Assembly (NCBI GenBank): GCA_020247305.1
Contig: JADCJE010000066.1
Span: 66,466-130,465, forward strand
Length of the DNA: 64,000 nucleotides
DNA from: Phycisphaerales bacterium
Lineage (GTDB): Bacteria; Planctomycetota; UBA1135; UBA2386
Direction: 5' to 3'
In this document: in pieces, positions 46,384-59,063 of the stretch
How the letters are laid out: each line of letters begins with the position of its first letter
Position numbering within the stretch: the first letter of the stretch is position 1
Notes under the pieces: model-generated
Databases searched by the model: none
What the model saw: only the letters and a program-made list of their open reading frames with translations
What the model was told of the DNA's origin: nothing
Made by a program: the position numbers and the translations under genes

Positions 46384-47925
46384 ATGGATCTCAAACCCTC
46401 CGAAGTCGCCACCGTCCTGAAGTCCGAGATCGAGGGCTTCGCCGGCCGTATGCAGAAGTCCAGCGTCGGCACCGTGCTGATGGTCGGTGACGGCGTCGCC
46501 CGCGTGCACGGCCTCGACGACTGCATGATGAACGAGATGCTCGACTTCGGGAACGGCATCCTCGGCGTGGCGCTGAACCTCGAAGAGGACAACGTCGGCG
46601 CGGTGCTCCTCGGCAGCGACACGAAGGTCAAGGAAGGCGACACCGTCCGCACGACGGGTCGCGTCGTGTCGGTGCCGACCGGCCTGCAGATGTGCGGCCG
46701 CGTCGTCGACGCGCTCGGTCGCGCGGTCGACGGCAAGGGCGAGATCAAGTTCGGCCCTGGCGACCTGCGCCCGATCGAGGGCCGTTCGCCGTCGGTGCCC
46801 GAGCGTCAGCCGGTCAAGGAGCCGCTGCAGACGGGCATCAAGGCGATCGACTCGATGATCCCGATCGGCCGCGGCCAGCGCGAACTGATCATCGGCGACC
46901 GCGGCACCGGCAAGACGGCGCTGATCGTCGACACCTTCATCAACCAGAAGTCGACGGGCGGCGGCGACCCGAACAACCCCAACCAGGTCATCTGCATCTA
47001 CGTCGCCGTCGGCCAGAAGCAGTCGACGGTCAAGGCGGTTGTCGACAAGCTGGAGAAGAACGGCGCGCTGCCGTACTGCATCGTCGTGTCGGCGCCGGCC
47101 TCGGCCGAGGCCTCGATGCAGTTCCTCAGCTGCTACGCCGGCGCGTCGATGGGCGAGCGCCTGCGCGACGAGGGTCGCCACGTCGTGATCGCGTACGACG
47201 ACCTGTACAAGCAGGCCGTCGCGTACCGCCAGGTCCTGCTGCTGCTGCGTCGCCCGCCGGGCCGCGAGGCGTTCCCGGGCGACGTGTTCAACCTGCACAG
47301 CCGCCTGCTGGAGCGCGCCGCCAAGCTCTCCAAGGAGAAGGGCGGTGGCTCGATGACGGCGCTGCCGGTCGTCGAGACGCAGGAAGGCGACGTGTCGGCG
47401 TACATCCCGACCAACGTGATCTCGATCACCGACGGCCAGATCTTCCTGGAGTCGTCGCTGTTCAACGCCGGCCAGCGCCCGGGCGTCAACGCCGGCATCT
47501 CGGTCAGCCGCGTCGGCGGTTCGGCCCAGATCGGCGCCATGAAGAAGATCTCCGGCGGCCTCCGCATCCAGCTGGCGCAGTTCCGCGAGCTCGCGGCGTT
47601 CGCCCAGTTCGGCAGCGACCTCGACAAGGCGACGCAGCAGGCGATCACGCGCGGTCAGCGCATGACCGAGCTGCTGAAGCAGCCCGAGTTCCAGCCGATG
47701 CCGGTCGAGGAGCAGATCGTGATCCTGTACGCCGGCAGCTCCGGCGCGCTCGACTCGGTGCCGCTCAGCCGCGTCTCCGACTTCGAGAAGAAGTACCTCG
47801 CCTTCGTCCGCAGCAGCCACGCCGACGTGCTGACGTCGCTGCGCACGGAGAAGAAGTGGACCGACGCGCTGCAGAAGAAGTGCGACGAGATCTGCGCCAA
47901 GTTCAAGGCGGAGTTCCTGGCCTGA
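46384..47925 (+). CDS. atpA: F0F1 ATP synthase subunit alpha
   Basis: Walker A GDRGTGKT, and length consistent with alpha subunits. Confidence 0.97.
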   Translation: MDLKPSEVATVLKSEIEGFAGRMQKSSVGTVLMVGDGVARVHGLDDCMMNEMLDFGNGILGVALNLEEDNVGAVLLGSDTKVKEGDTVRTTGRVVSVPTGLQMCGRVVDALGRAVDGKGEIKFGPGDLRPIEGRSPSVPERQPVKEPLQTGIKAIDSMIPIGRGQRELIIGDRGTGKTALIVDTFINQKSTGGGDPNNPNQVICIYVAVGQKQSTVKAVVDKLEKNGALPYCIVVSAPASAEASMQFLSCYAGASMGERLRDEGRHVVIAYDDLYKQAVAYRQVLLLLRRPPGREAFPGDVFNLHSRLLERAAKLSKEKGGGSMTALPVVETQEGDVSAYIPTNVISITDGQIFLESSLFNAGQRPGVNAGISVSRVGGSAQIGAMKKISGGLRIQLAQFRELAAFAQFGSDLDKATQQAITRGQRMTELLKQPEFQPMPVEEQIVILYAGSSGALDSVPLSRVSDFEKKYLAFVRSSHADVLTSLRTEKKWTDALQKKCDEICAKFKAEFLA

Positions 47926-47996
47926 TCGAGTTCCGCTACCGATCGCGCGGAGCGGCGACACCGTCCCGCGCTCAACGAACCACCCCGAACTGAACC

Positions 47997-50421
<2,425 letters not shown>

Positions 50422-50460
50422 TCCGAAGAGCCCGACCGGCAACGACCCGCTGAACCCGCC

Positions 50461-50898
50461 ATGGCCGCCGAACTGCACCTCCGCATCGTCACCCCGGATC
50501 GCACCGTCGTGGACCGCAAGGTCGCAGGCGTCAGCTTCCTCGGCCTCGACGGCAGCTACGGCGTGCTGCCCAAGCACGCGCCGATGCTGACGGCCATCGG
50601 CGTCACCGGCTTTGCCCATGTCACCGAGACTGACGGCAAGACGTCGGACCTGTTCCTCAGCGACGGCTTCGCGCAGGTGCAGGGCAACGTGCTGACGCTG
50701 GTCTGCGAGGCCGGCGAAGCCGCCGCGGAGATCGACATGGCGCGCGTGAAGGCGGCGGAAGCCAAGGCGCGCGAGAAGCTGGCCGGGCTCGACAAGCTCA
50801 GCCAGGAGTACACCAACGCCGAGGCGTCGCTGCGCAAGGCGCTCGCCCGCGAGCTGCTCTCCCGCCGCACGACGGGCTCGGGCAACCTGAGCAGCTGA
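50461..50898 (+). CDS. atpC: F0F1 ATP synthase subunit epsilon
   Basis: 145 aa: LRIVTPDRTV... beta-sandwich plus a helical tail. Last gene of the operon. Confidence 0.9.
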   Translation: MAAELHLRIVTPDRTVVDRKVAGVSFLGLDGSYGVLPKHAPMLTAIGVTGFAHVTETDGKTSDLFLSDGFAQVQGNVLTLVCEAGEAAAEIDMARVKAAEAKAREKLAGLDKLSQEYTNAEASLRKALARELLSRRTTGSGNLSS

Positions 50899-51081
50899 AG
50901 CCGGCCCGGGCGATGATTGCCCGGTGTCCGCGCCCCGTTGAGCTTGCGGCCGGGCGTTCGCGCGGAATGCCCTGGCCGACTGCGACGGAAGGCGCATCGA
51001 GCCTTGTCGCAGCCTTGCGTGGCCGTGCGCGGCGTCGTTGTTAGACTCCCGCGCCTGCCGACCCCCCGTCGGCGCCATCGC

Positions 51082-52287
51082 ATGAACGCCATGACCCTGT
51101 GTGCGGCCGCCCTGCTGGGGTTTGCCGCCGTTTCCGCCGCGCAGGACCCGACGCCCGCGCCCGCCGCCGGCATCCCTGACTGCAAGGACATGAAGAAGAC
51201 CGACTCGGGCCTCGAGATCGGCTTCCTCAAGCAAGGCTCGCAGGAGCCGGGACCCGGCCGCGACGACGTCGTCGAAGTGCACTACACGGGCTGGCTCACC
51301 GACGGCACCAAGTTCGACAGTTCGCGCGATCGCGGCGAACCGGCGACGTTCGGCGTCGGTCAGGTCATCGCCGGCTGGACGGAGGGCCTGCAGCTGATGA
51401 CGCCGGGCGCGCGGTGCAAGCTGGTGATCCCCGGCAACCTCGCGTACGGCGAAGAAGGCCGCCCGCCGACCATCCCGCAGAACGCCACGCTGGTGTTCGA
51501 CGTCGAACTGCTGAAGGTCACGCGCATGCCGAAGCTGCGCGCCGCCAACAAGGACGCGCAGAAGGAGCTCGCGATCGAGGTCGCTGCGCCAAACGCTGCC
51601 GCCGACGCCGCCAAGGAGAAGCACGTCGTCCGCTGGGAGATGGTGCAGGACGGCAAGGGCGACGCGTTGCTGGCGAGCGACGGCGTGGCGCTGCGCTACG
51701 CCATCTGGAAGGCGGACGGCTCGCTGGTCGACTGCAGCGAACGGCAGATGAACCACCGGATCAGCGGATCGTGCGCGACGCTGCCGTTCCCGTTCCTGCG
51801 CGAGCTCGTGGCGCAGTGCAAGCTCGGCTCGATCGTGCGCGCCGAAGTGCCGCAGAAGCTGTTCCCCAACGTCGGCGGCGACACGGTCTGGGAACTCGAG
51901 GTCACCGGCGTGAACAAGCTGCCGACGTTCCGCGCGCCGGACGCAGCCAAGGTCGTGACGACGCAGAGCGGACTGCAGTACGAGGTGATCGAGGCCGGCG
52001 ACGGCGAGTCGCCGAAGGCGACCGACACCGTCAGCGTGCACTACACCGGCTGGATGACCGACGGCGCGATGTTCGACAGCTCGCACGCCCGCGGCACGCC
52101 GACGGAGTTCCCGCTGAACCGTGTCATCCCGGGCTGGACCGAGGGCGTGCAGCTGATGAAGCCGGGCGCGAAGTTCTTGTTCTCGATCCCTGGCAAGCTC
52201 GCGTATGGCGAGCGCGGTTCGCCGCCGAAGATCCCGGCCAACGCCACGCTGGTGTTCTTCGTCGAGCTGCTCAGCGTCAAGAAGTAG
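51082..52287 (+). CDS. secreted FKBP-type peptidyl-prolyl isomerase with three FKBP-like modules
   Basis: ATG at 51082 in track ORF 50917..52287, with a signal peptide. Two canonical modules (VHYTGW(L/M)TDG..FDSS, IPGWTEG, LVF.VELL) flank a degenerate middle module. Confidence 0.85.
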   Translation: MNAMTLCAAALLGFAAVSAAQDPTPAPAAGIPDCKDMKKTDSGLEIGFLKQGSQEPGPGRDDVVEVHYTGWLTDGTKFDSSRDRGEPATFGVGQVIAGWTEGLQLMTPGARCKLVIPGNLAYGEEGRPPTIPQNATLVFDVELLKVTRMPKLRAANKDAQKELAIEVAAPNAAADAAKEKHVVRWEMVQDGKGDALLASDGVALRYAIWKADGSLVDCSERQMNHRISGSCATLPFPFLRELVAQCKLGSIVRAEVPQKLFPNVGGDTVWELEVTGVNKLPTFRAPDAAKVVTTQSGLQYEVIEAGDGESPKATDTVSVHYTGWMTDGAMFDSSHARGTPTEFPLNRVIPGWTEGVQLMKPGAKFLFSIPGKLAYGERGSPPKIPANATLVFFVELLSVKK

Positions 52288-52314
52288 CCGCGCAGCAGCG
52301 GCACGAAGCGACGC

Positions 52315-53307
52315 TCACGGCCCGGCGCGCACCGGCGCGCCGAGCTGGGCGCAGGCCGCCATCACGTCGCGGACCTCGTCGGCGCTCGGGGCGCGCGCGA
52401 TCGGCGCCGTGCCGGGGTTGTACGGGACGACGTGCACGAAGCAGCGTCCGAGGGGCGCTGCGACCACCGCGATGCCGCGCACGTCCTCGTCGACGTCGTT
52501 GACGCGGGGCAGCAGGCGCCAATGCCGGCCGAGCGCGAGGTTCGCGCGCTGCCGGAAGGCGACGAGCGCCTGCTGGATCTCGCGCAGTGGATAGCGCGCC
52601 GACTGCGGCGTGATCGTCGCGCGGTTGCCGTCGTCGGCGGCGTTGCGGCTCAAGGCCAGTCCCAGGCGTTTCCAGCCTGGTTCGCGCAGCCGGGCGATGC
52701 CCGGCACGTGGCCGACGGTACCGACGGTCAGCTTGTCCTGGGCGTAGGCGAACCCGGCGCGGTCGGTCAGCACGGCGAGCGCGTCGACCAGGCCGCCGAG
52801 GTTGTCGAGCGGTTTGCCCATGCCCATGAACACGCGGTTGTCGGACCGGCCCCGCTGGCGCGTCGCCACGGTGACCAGGGCGACGATCTCGCCCGCGGTC
52901 AGGTTGCGCGACAGTCCCATCCGACCGGTCTCGCAGAACGTCCACGCCCGCGCGCAGCCGACCTGCGTCGACAAGCACAGGCTGCTGCGCCCGTGGCCCA
53001 TCGGCAGGTGCACGGACTCGATCGTGCGGTCGTCGACGAGCCGCAGCAGCGACTTGCGCCGCACGCCGTGCGCTTCCGGCGCGAACACGCCGCCGCGCGC
53101 CGCGTCCCGGTGCAGCGCCCGCGCGCGGCAAGCAACCCTTCCGGTCGCCAGAACGCGCAACGGCGGCGGCGTGCAGCGCCGTGCTGGGGGGCCGAGAAGG
53201 TCGAGGGCCCAGCCCGCACTGTCGCGTCCGTGGCGTCGAACGAACGGGCGGCCGACCTGGCGCAACGCCGCCGGCGTGCCATGGAGCACCGTGCCGTCCA
53301 GCTTCAT
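52315..53307 (-). CDS. RlmN/Cfr-like radical-SAM protein with degenerate catalytic motifs (possible pseudoenzyme or decaying gene)
   Basis: ATG at 53307 (alternative 53361) in track ORF 52315..53817. SLCLSTQVGCARAWTFCETG aligns to the RlmN motif LCVSSQVGCxxxCxFC, but Trp (codon 52942-52944) replaces the second cluster Cys. GMGKPL replaces GMGEPL and LSRNA replaces SLHA. The C-terminal segment that would carry the second catalytic Cys appears to be absent. Confidence 0.6.
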   Translation of the reverse strand: MKLDGTVLHGTPAALRQVGRPFVRRHGRDSAGWALDLLGPPARRCTPPPLRVLATGRVACRARALHRDAARGGVFAPEAHGVRRKSLLRLVDDRTIESVHLPMGHGRSSLCLSTQVGCARAWTFCETGRMGLSRNLTAGEIVALVTVATRQRGRSDNRVFMGMGKPLDNLGGLVDALAVLTDRAGFAYAQDKLTVGTVGHVPGIARLREPGWKRLGLALSRNAADDGNRATITPQSARYPLREIQQALVAFRQRANLALGRHWRLLPRVNDVDEDVRGIAVVAAPLGRCFVHVVPYNPGTAPIARAPSADEVRDVMAACAQLGAPVRAGP

Positions 53308-53359
53308 CGATGGCCCGGCCCCGCTTGACGGTCGATGGCTCTGCACCGAGAGTGCGGCC

Positions 53360-54142
53360 ATGTCCGAAGACCCTTCGGTCGCGTCCGCAGTGGCTTCGTC
53401 GACCCCGGCCCTGGAAGCGCGCGGCCTGTTCCGCCTGCGGCCGCAGGACGGTCTGCAGACGCCGGTGCTGCGCGACGTCAGCCTGCGTCTGCAGCGCGGT
53501 GAGTTCGCCACGCTGATGGGGCCGTCCGGCTCCGGCAAGTCGACGCTGCTGCACCTGCTGGCCGGCCTGGACCGGCCGAGTTCCGGCGACGTCTTCGTCG
53601 ACGGCATCGACCTCTCGCTCGGCGGCGAGGAAGCGCGCGCCTGCATCCGGCGCGAACGCATCGGCTTCATCTTCCAGTTCTTCCACTTGCTGCCGGACCT
53701 CACGGTCGAGGAGAACGTGACGCTGCCGCTGCGCATCGCCGGCGAGCGGCCGCGCAAGCACCAGGCGCGTACGGACAGTCTGCTGCGTTTGCTCGGCGTC
53801 GAGGCGCACCGCCGCAAGCTGCCGTCTCAGTTGTCGGGTGGCGAGATGCAGCGTGTGTCGATCGCCCGCGCGCTGGCGACGCAGCCGCCGTTGCTGCTCG
53901 CCGACGAGCCGACCGGCAACCTGTCGAGCAAGGCCGGCGAGGAGGTCATCGCGCTGCTGCGCGAGGTCTGTGGCAAGCTCGGCACCGCCATCTTGCTGGT
54001 GACGCACAATCCGCGCGACGCCGCCGCCGGCGATCGCATCCTGTTCCTGCGCGACGGCGCGCTCCGTCCCGAAGCCGAGCTCCGAGGAGGCCCCTTCCGT
54101 GTCGCTGACGTCCTTCATCGTCTGGCGGAACTGGGCATCTAG
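53360..54142 (+). CDS. ABC transporter ATP-binding protein (MacB/LolD/FtsE-type)
   Basis: ATG at 53360 in track ORF 52802..54142. GPSGSGKST, LSGGEMQRV, LLLADEPTGNL. Confidence 0.88.
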   Translation: MSEDPSVASAVASSTPALEARGLFRLRPQDGLQTPVLRDVSLRLQRGEFATLMGPSGSGKSTLLHLLAGLDRPSSGDVFVDGIDLSLGGEEARACIRRERIGFIFQFFHLLPDLTVEENVTLPLRIAGERPRKHQARTDSLLRLLGVEAHRRKLPSQLSGGEMQRVSIARALATQPPLLLADEPTGNLSSKAGEEVIALLREVCGKLGTAILLVTHNPRDAAAGDRILFLRDGALRPEAELRGGPFRVADVLHRLAELGI

Positions 54143-56705
54143 CCGCCTGCGCGTCCTGCTGACGCTGCTGGGCATCGCCCTCGGCGTCGCGATCGTCGTG
54201 GCCATCCACGTGATGGACCACAACACGATCCAGAGCCGCCTGCGCGCCCAGGACGGCACGCGCGGCGTCGTCGACCTCGAGCTGCTGCCGTCGCCGCCGC
54301 TGCCGCAGGCCGACGTGCTGGCCAGCCTCGGCCGCACGCGCGGCGTCGCGGCGGTGTCGACGTGGCGCGAAGCCCGCGCCACCGCGCAGGGGCCGGCTGG
54401 CGCGCCGATCGAACTCGCGGTGTACGGCTTCACGCCGCTGCCGCCCGAGCGCTTCGGCCACTACGCTGTCGCCCGCGGCCGCGACCTCGCGCCCGGCGAC
54501 GCCGACGCGGCGGCGCCCGGCTGCCTGCTCGGCGAGGCGGCTGCGCGCGCCCTCGGCGTCGACGTCGGTGGCGCGATCACGCTCGCCGAACCCGCCGTCG
54601 TCGAGCGCGTCGAGTGCCGCGACGGCCAGATGGTGCCGATCCGCCGCGCGGCCGGCGCGGCGCCGTTCGCCGTGCGCCTCGCCGTGGTCGGCGTCCTGGC
54701 CGAGCAGCGGCTCGGCGAGCGGGCGCAGGGGCTGGTCGCCGTCGTCGGGCACGGCTTCGCCGAGCAGTTGCTGCCGCTCGGCAGCAGCGTCTACCACGTG
54801 CAGCGCGAGGCCGGCGCCGACCTCGACCGGCTGCGCCGCGACCTGCGCGACCGCTTCGTCGTGCAGGACGCGCGCGCGGCCCTGCTCGGCGAAGGCGCCG
54901 ACGAGCGCGCGTTCCGCAACGGACTCAAGGTGCTCGGCGGGCTGGCGCTGCTGCTCGGCATGTACGTGGTGTTCCAGACGTTGGCGCACAGCCTCGTCGC
55001 GCGCATCCGCCAGCTCGGCCTGCTGCGGTGCCTCGGCGCGGGCGGTGGCGCGATCACGCGCATCTTCCTGTTCGACGCGGCGATGCTCGGCGTCGTCGGC
55101 AGCGCGCTGGGCGTCGGCCTCGGCCTGCTGCTGGCGCGGTTGCTGCAGAGCCAGCGCGTCAGTTCGCTCGGCCTCGGCAAGCAGTGGGACACGTTCTTGG
55201 TGCCGCTGTTCCCGGTCGGCTGGACGTTCGTCCTCGGCGTGATGTTCACGCTCGCCGGCGCGATGTTCCCGTTGGTGCGCGCCCGGCAGATCCCGGCGCT
55301 GGACATCCTGCGGGCGCGCGGCATGGCGCCCGGCGTCGACGACGGCGTCGACCTGCTCCGCGGCGTGCACCTGTGGATGTTCGCGCTGCTCTGTGTAGCG
55401 CTGCCGCTCGCGTACCTGGCGATGACTCCGCTGGCCAGCGAGGAAGCCGGCGAACTGCGTGCGGTGCTGCTGCAGCTTGTTGGCGTGCTCGCGGTCTTCG
55501 GCGGCGTGCTGCTGTTGGCGCCGGGCCTGACGTCGTGGCTCGGGCGTCTGCTGCTTCTGCCCCTGCGCCCGTTCCTGCCGTTGTCGTCGTGGTTGGTCGG
55601 CAAGGTGCTGGCTCGTTCCGCCGGGCGCGTCGCCGCCGCCGTCGCGGGACTCGCCGCCGTGCTGCTCGCCATCCTCGGCCTCAAGACCGTGACGCACTCG
55701 CTGCACGCCGAGGTCAGCCGGTTCGCGGTGACGACGCTGCGCGAGCGCGTGTTCGTTCGCACGTCGCCGACGCCGCCCGCTGCGCTCGCGGCGCTGGCGA
55801 CGCTGCCCGGCGTCGAGCGGGTCGAGGTCTTCGAGGGCGAAGACCGCAGCGGCGGCTTCCTGCTGCGCGGCCTCGCCGCAGCATCGGCGGCCGGTCGCGA
55901 TGGTCCGCTGGAAGGCGACCAGACGACGCTGCGCAAGTACGCCGACGAGAAGGTCCGCGGTCTCGTCGCCAGCAGCCGGCTCGCCCGCCTGCGCGGGTGG
56001 CAGCCCGGATCGCTGGTGCCGATGCGCGATCGCAACGGCGATCCGGTCGTCTACGAGGTGCTCGCCATCGACGACCGCGCCGGCTTCGACGCCGACGAGC
56101 GGGCCTTCGCCGTCTGCGATCCGCGGTGGTTGCGCGCCGACTTCTGCGTGCCGGCGGCCTGCGTCGGCCTCGCGACGATCCGGCTGCGGCCGGACGGCGA
56201 CGCCGATGCGGTGATGACGGCGGCGCGGGCCGCGGTCCCGACCGTGACCGGCGGCAAGTCCGGCGCATGGGTGGAGAGTTACCTGCGGCGCGACGTCGGC
56301 AAGGACTTCCGCCTGTTCGACATCCTGCTCGCCCTCATGCTGCTGCTCGCCGGGATGGGCCTCGTCAACGGCATGACGATCGCCGCGCTCGGCCGCATCC
56401 GCGAACTCGGCGTGCTGCGCGCGCTCGGCATCCGCCGCGCTGCGCTCGTCGGCAGCTTCCTGCTGGAGGGCGCGGTGGTGGCGGCGGTCGCCAGCCTGCT
56501 CGCCTGCGGCCTCGGCGCCGCGCTCGGCTCGGCGATCGTGCTCGGCATGAATCGCGTCGCGCAAATGGACGCGCCGGTCACGCTGCCGACGCCTTGGTTC
56601 GCGTTGGCGCCGGCGCTGGCGTTCGGCGTCGCGCTCGCCGCCGCGGCAGTGCCGGCGTTGCGGGCGCTGCGCGCGAGTCCGTCGGAGTCGGTGCGCCACG
56701 AATAG
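54099..56705 (+). CDS. FtsX-like ABC transporter permease with duplicated FtsX domains
   Basis: 868 aa with a GTG start that overlaps the ATPase gene. Two halves, each with an ectodomain followed by an FtsX-type 3-4 helix bundle (...LGVLRALGIRRAALV...). Confidence 0.8.
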   Translation: MSLTSFIVWRNWASSRLRVLLTLLGIALGVAIVVAIHVMDHNTIQSRLRAQDGTRGVVDLELLPSPPLPQADVLASLGRTRGVAAVSTWREARATAQGPAGAPIELAVYGFTPLPPERFGHYAVARGRDLAPGDADAAAPGCLLGEAAARALGVDVGGAITLAEPAVVERVECRDGQMVPIRRAAGAAPFAVRLAVVGVLAEQRLGERAQGLVAVVGHGFAEQLLPLGSSVYHVQREAGADLDRLRRDLRDRFVVQDARAALLGEGADERAFRNGLKVLGGLALLLGMYVVFQTLAHSLVARIRQLGLLRCLGAGGGAITRIFLFDAAMLGVVGSALGVGLGLLLARLLQSQRVSSLGLGKQWDTFLVPLFPVGWTFVLGVMFTLAGAMFPLVRARQIPALDILRARGMAPGVDDGVDLLRGVHLWMFALLCVALPLAYLAMTPLASEEAGELRAVLLQLVGVLAVFGGVLLLAPGLTSWLGRLLLLPLRPFLPLSSWLVGKVLARSAGRVAAAVAGLAAVLLAILGLKTVTHSLHAEVSRFAVTTLRERVFVRTSPTPPAALAALATLPGVERVEVFEGEDRSGGFLLRGLAAASAAGRDGPLEGDQTTLRKYADEKVRGLVASSRLARLRGWQPGSLVPMRDRNGDPVVYEVLAIDDRAGFDADERAFAVCDPRWLRADFCVPAACVGLATIRLRPDGDADAVMTAARAAVPTVTGGKSGAWVESYLRRDVGKDFRLFDILLALMLLLAGMGLVNGMTIAALGRIRELGVLRALGIRRAALVGSFLLEGAVVAAVASLLACGLGAALGSAIVLGMNRVAQMDAPVTLPTPWFALAPALAFGVALAAAAVPALRALRASPSESVRHE

Positions 56706-56775
56706 GGCCGCCGCGTTCGCTGGAATGCGCCGGCGGCGGCGGGTACGACACTTCGCCCGCAACGCCCGCATCCGC

Positions 56776-58587
56776 ATGAAGCAACGCAGTCCCTGGCAGC
56801 GCACCCATACCTGCGGCGAACTGACGCTCGCGAACAAGGACCAAGAGGTGGTCCTCAACGGCTGGATCGAGAACAAGCGCGAGCACGGCAAGCTCGTGTT
56901 CATCGACCTCCGCGACCGCTACGGCATCACCCAGCTGGCGGTCGACGCCGACACGGCCGGCATGGCGGCGGGCACCTTCGACACGATGCTCCGCCTGGGC
57001 GCGGAGGACGTGATCTCGGTGCGCGGCCGCGTGCGCCCGCGCGGCGAGGGCAACGTCAACAAGAACCGCGTCACCGGCGAGATCGAGCTGTGCGTGCTGT
57101 CGGTGACGGTGCTCAGCGAGGCGGAGACGCCGCCGTTCGAGGTCCTCGACAAGGCCGAGGCCAACGAGGAGCTGCGCATGCAGTACCGCTACCTCGACCT
57201 GCGCCGCCGCCCGCTGCAGGAAGCGCTGATGAAGCGTGCACGCTTCGTCACCGCGGTGCGGAACTTCCTGCAGCAGCAACGGTTCATCGACGTCGAGACG
57301 CCGATCCTGACCAAGAGCACGCCGGAGGGCGCGCGCGACTACCTCGTGCCGAGCCGCGTGCACCCGGGCAAGTTCTTCGCGCTGCCGCAGAGCCCGCAGA
57401 TCTTCAAGCAGCTGTGCATGGTCGCCGGCCTCGATCGCTACTACCAGATCGCGCGCTGCTTCCGCGACGAGGACCTGCGCGCCGACCGCCAACCTGAGTT
57501 CACCCAGATCGATCTGGAGATGTCGTTCGTCGAGGAGCACGACGTGCTCGACGTCGTCGAGGCGATGTACGTGCACGCGATGAAGGAGGGTTTCGGCATC
57601 GACGTGCCGCAGCCGTTCCCGCGCTTCGACTTCTTCGAGGCGATGGACAAGTACGGCTGCGACAAGCCGGACCTGCGCTTTGGCATGCTGCTGCAGGACT
57701 GCACCGAGCTGGCGAAGAAGAGCGACTTCAAGGTCTTCGCCGGGGCCGTCGCGGCCGGCGGCATCGTCAAGGGCATCTGCGCCGAGGGCGCGGCCGAGAA
57801 GTTCTCGCGCAAGGGCATCGACGAGCTGACCGCGTTCGTCACCCAGCTCGGCGCCAAGGGCCTCGCCTGGGCCAAGGTCACCGCTGCCGGCGTCGAGGGC
57901 TCGATCGCCAAGTTCTACGAGGGCGACAAGGGCAAGGAGCTGATCGCGCACATGGGCGCCAAGCCCGGCGACCTGCTGCTGTTCGTCGCCGACCAGAAGC
58001 GCGTCGTGCACAAGGCGCTCGGCGACCTGCGGCTCAAGGTCGGCGGCATCCTCGGCCTGCGCGACCCCAAGGTCTTCCGCTGCTGCTGGGTCCTCAACTT
58101 CCCGATGTTCGAGTGGAACGAGGACAAGCACCGCTGGCAGTTCGCGCACAACCCGTTCAGCGCGCCGGTCGACTGGGACATCCAGGACTTCGGCGTCGAC
58201 ACCGAGAACATCCGCAGCCGCGCCTACGACTTCGTCATGAACGGCTGGGAGCTCGGCTCGGGCTCGATCCGCATCCACCGCACGGAGCTCCAGGCGCGCG
58301 TGTTCGAGTTCCTCGGCATCAGCAAGGAGCACCAGCGCGCGAACTTCGGTTTCTTGCTCGACGCGTACAAGTACGGCGGCCCGCCGCACGGCGGCATCGC
58401 GCTCGGCGTCGACCGCATCGTCACACTTGCGCTCGGCCGCGAGGGCATCCGCGACGTGATCGCGTTCCCGAAGACTGCGATGGCCTTCGACCTGATGGCC
58501 GCAGCCCCGGGCGAAGTCAGCAGCGAGCAGATGAAGGAGCTGTCGATCCGCACGGCGGTCGAGCCGCCGAAGCCGCCGGCGCAGTGA
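56776..58587 (+). CDS. aspS: aspartate--tRNA ligase
   Basis: ATG at 56776 in track ORF 56725..58587. OB-fold N terminus and class II motifs FRDEDLRADRQPEFTQID and GGIALGVDR. Confidence 0.95.
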   Translation: MKQRSPWQRTHTCGELTLANKDQEVVLNGWIENKREHGKLVFIDLRDRYGITQLAVDADTAGMAAGTFDTMLRLGAEDVISVRGRVRPRGEGNVNKNRVTGEIELCVLSVTVLSEAETPPFEVLDKAEANEELRMQYRYLDLRRRPLQEALMKRARFVTAVRNFLQQQRFIDVETPILTKSTPEGARDYLVPSRVHPGKFFALPQSPQIFKQLCMVAGLDRYYQIARCFRDEDLRADRQPEFTQIDLEMSFVEEHDVLDVVEAMYVHAMKEGFGIDVPQPFPRFDFFEAMDKYGCDKPDLRFGMLLQDCTELAKKSDFKVFAGAVAAGGIVKGICAEGAAEKFSRKGIDELTAFVTQLGAKGLAWAKVTAAGVEGSIAKFYEGDKGKELIAHMGAKPGDLLLFVADQKRVVHKALGDLRLKVGGILGLRDPKVFRCCWVLNFPMFEWNEDKHRWQFAHNPFSAPVDWDIQDFGVDTENIRSRAYDFVMNGWELGSGSIRIHRTELQARVFEFLGISKEHQRANFGFLLDAYKYGGPPHGGIALGVDRIVTLALGREGIRDVIAFPKTAMAFDLMAAAPGEVSSEQMKELSIRTAVEPPKPPAQ

Positions 58588-58612
58588 GATTCGTCGCGTC
58601 GCCGCGTGGTCG

Positions 58613-59014
58613 TTGGCGCTCGGCCTCTCGGCGTTCGTAGCGTCGACCGGCGAAGTGCTTGTTGGTTCGCGTGAGGCGGTGCTGGCCACTCCGGTCGGCA
58701 AAGCGTGCGCTGCAGGACGCGTCGAGCCGCTGCCGGCCTCTGCCGCGCTGCCGGCCTCTGCCGCGCGGCTGGCCCGCCTCGTCCAGGAGCGCTTGGGGCT
58801 TGCAGCCACTGTCGTCTTCGGCGTCTGCTCGCCCGTCGCCAACGAAGGCCGCGTGCTGGAACATTCGTCGTCGCGTCGCCTGCCGCAGGTACGGGCCGAG
58901 GCGGTCGCGGCGCGGCTGGGCGCCGCCGGGTGCTGCGTCCGCGTGGTGGTGGTGGTGACCGACGGCCCCGGTCGTGATGGCATGCTCGTGGTCTTCGCCG
59001 GCGCGCCGCGTTGA
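58613..59014 (+). CDS. hypothetical protein
   Basis: TTG start with moderately high third-position GC. Contains an exact 18-bp tandem duplication (58730-58765, PLPASAALPASAA). Only weak OmpA-C-like resemblance (RRLPQVRAEAVAARLGAAG). Not confidently a gene. Confidence 0.25.
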   Translation: MALGLSAFVASTGEVLVGSREAVLATPVGKACAAGRVEPLPASAALPASAARLARLVQERLGLAATVVFGVCSPVANEGRVLEHSSSRRLPQVRAEAVAARLGAAGCCVRVVVVVTDGPGRDGMLVVFAGAPR

Positions 59015-59063
59015 GCGCCGACGCGACCCGCGCTGCCCGCAATGCCGGCTCCGAGCGAACGGT

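Noticed and set aside
50906-50924. Hairpin CCGGGC-GATGATT-GCCCGG after atpC as the operon terminator.
   Set aside because: The stem is only 6 bp and there is no U-tract. That is too weak to call from sequence alone.
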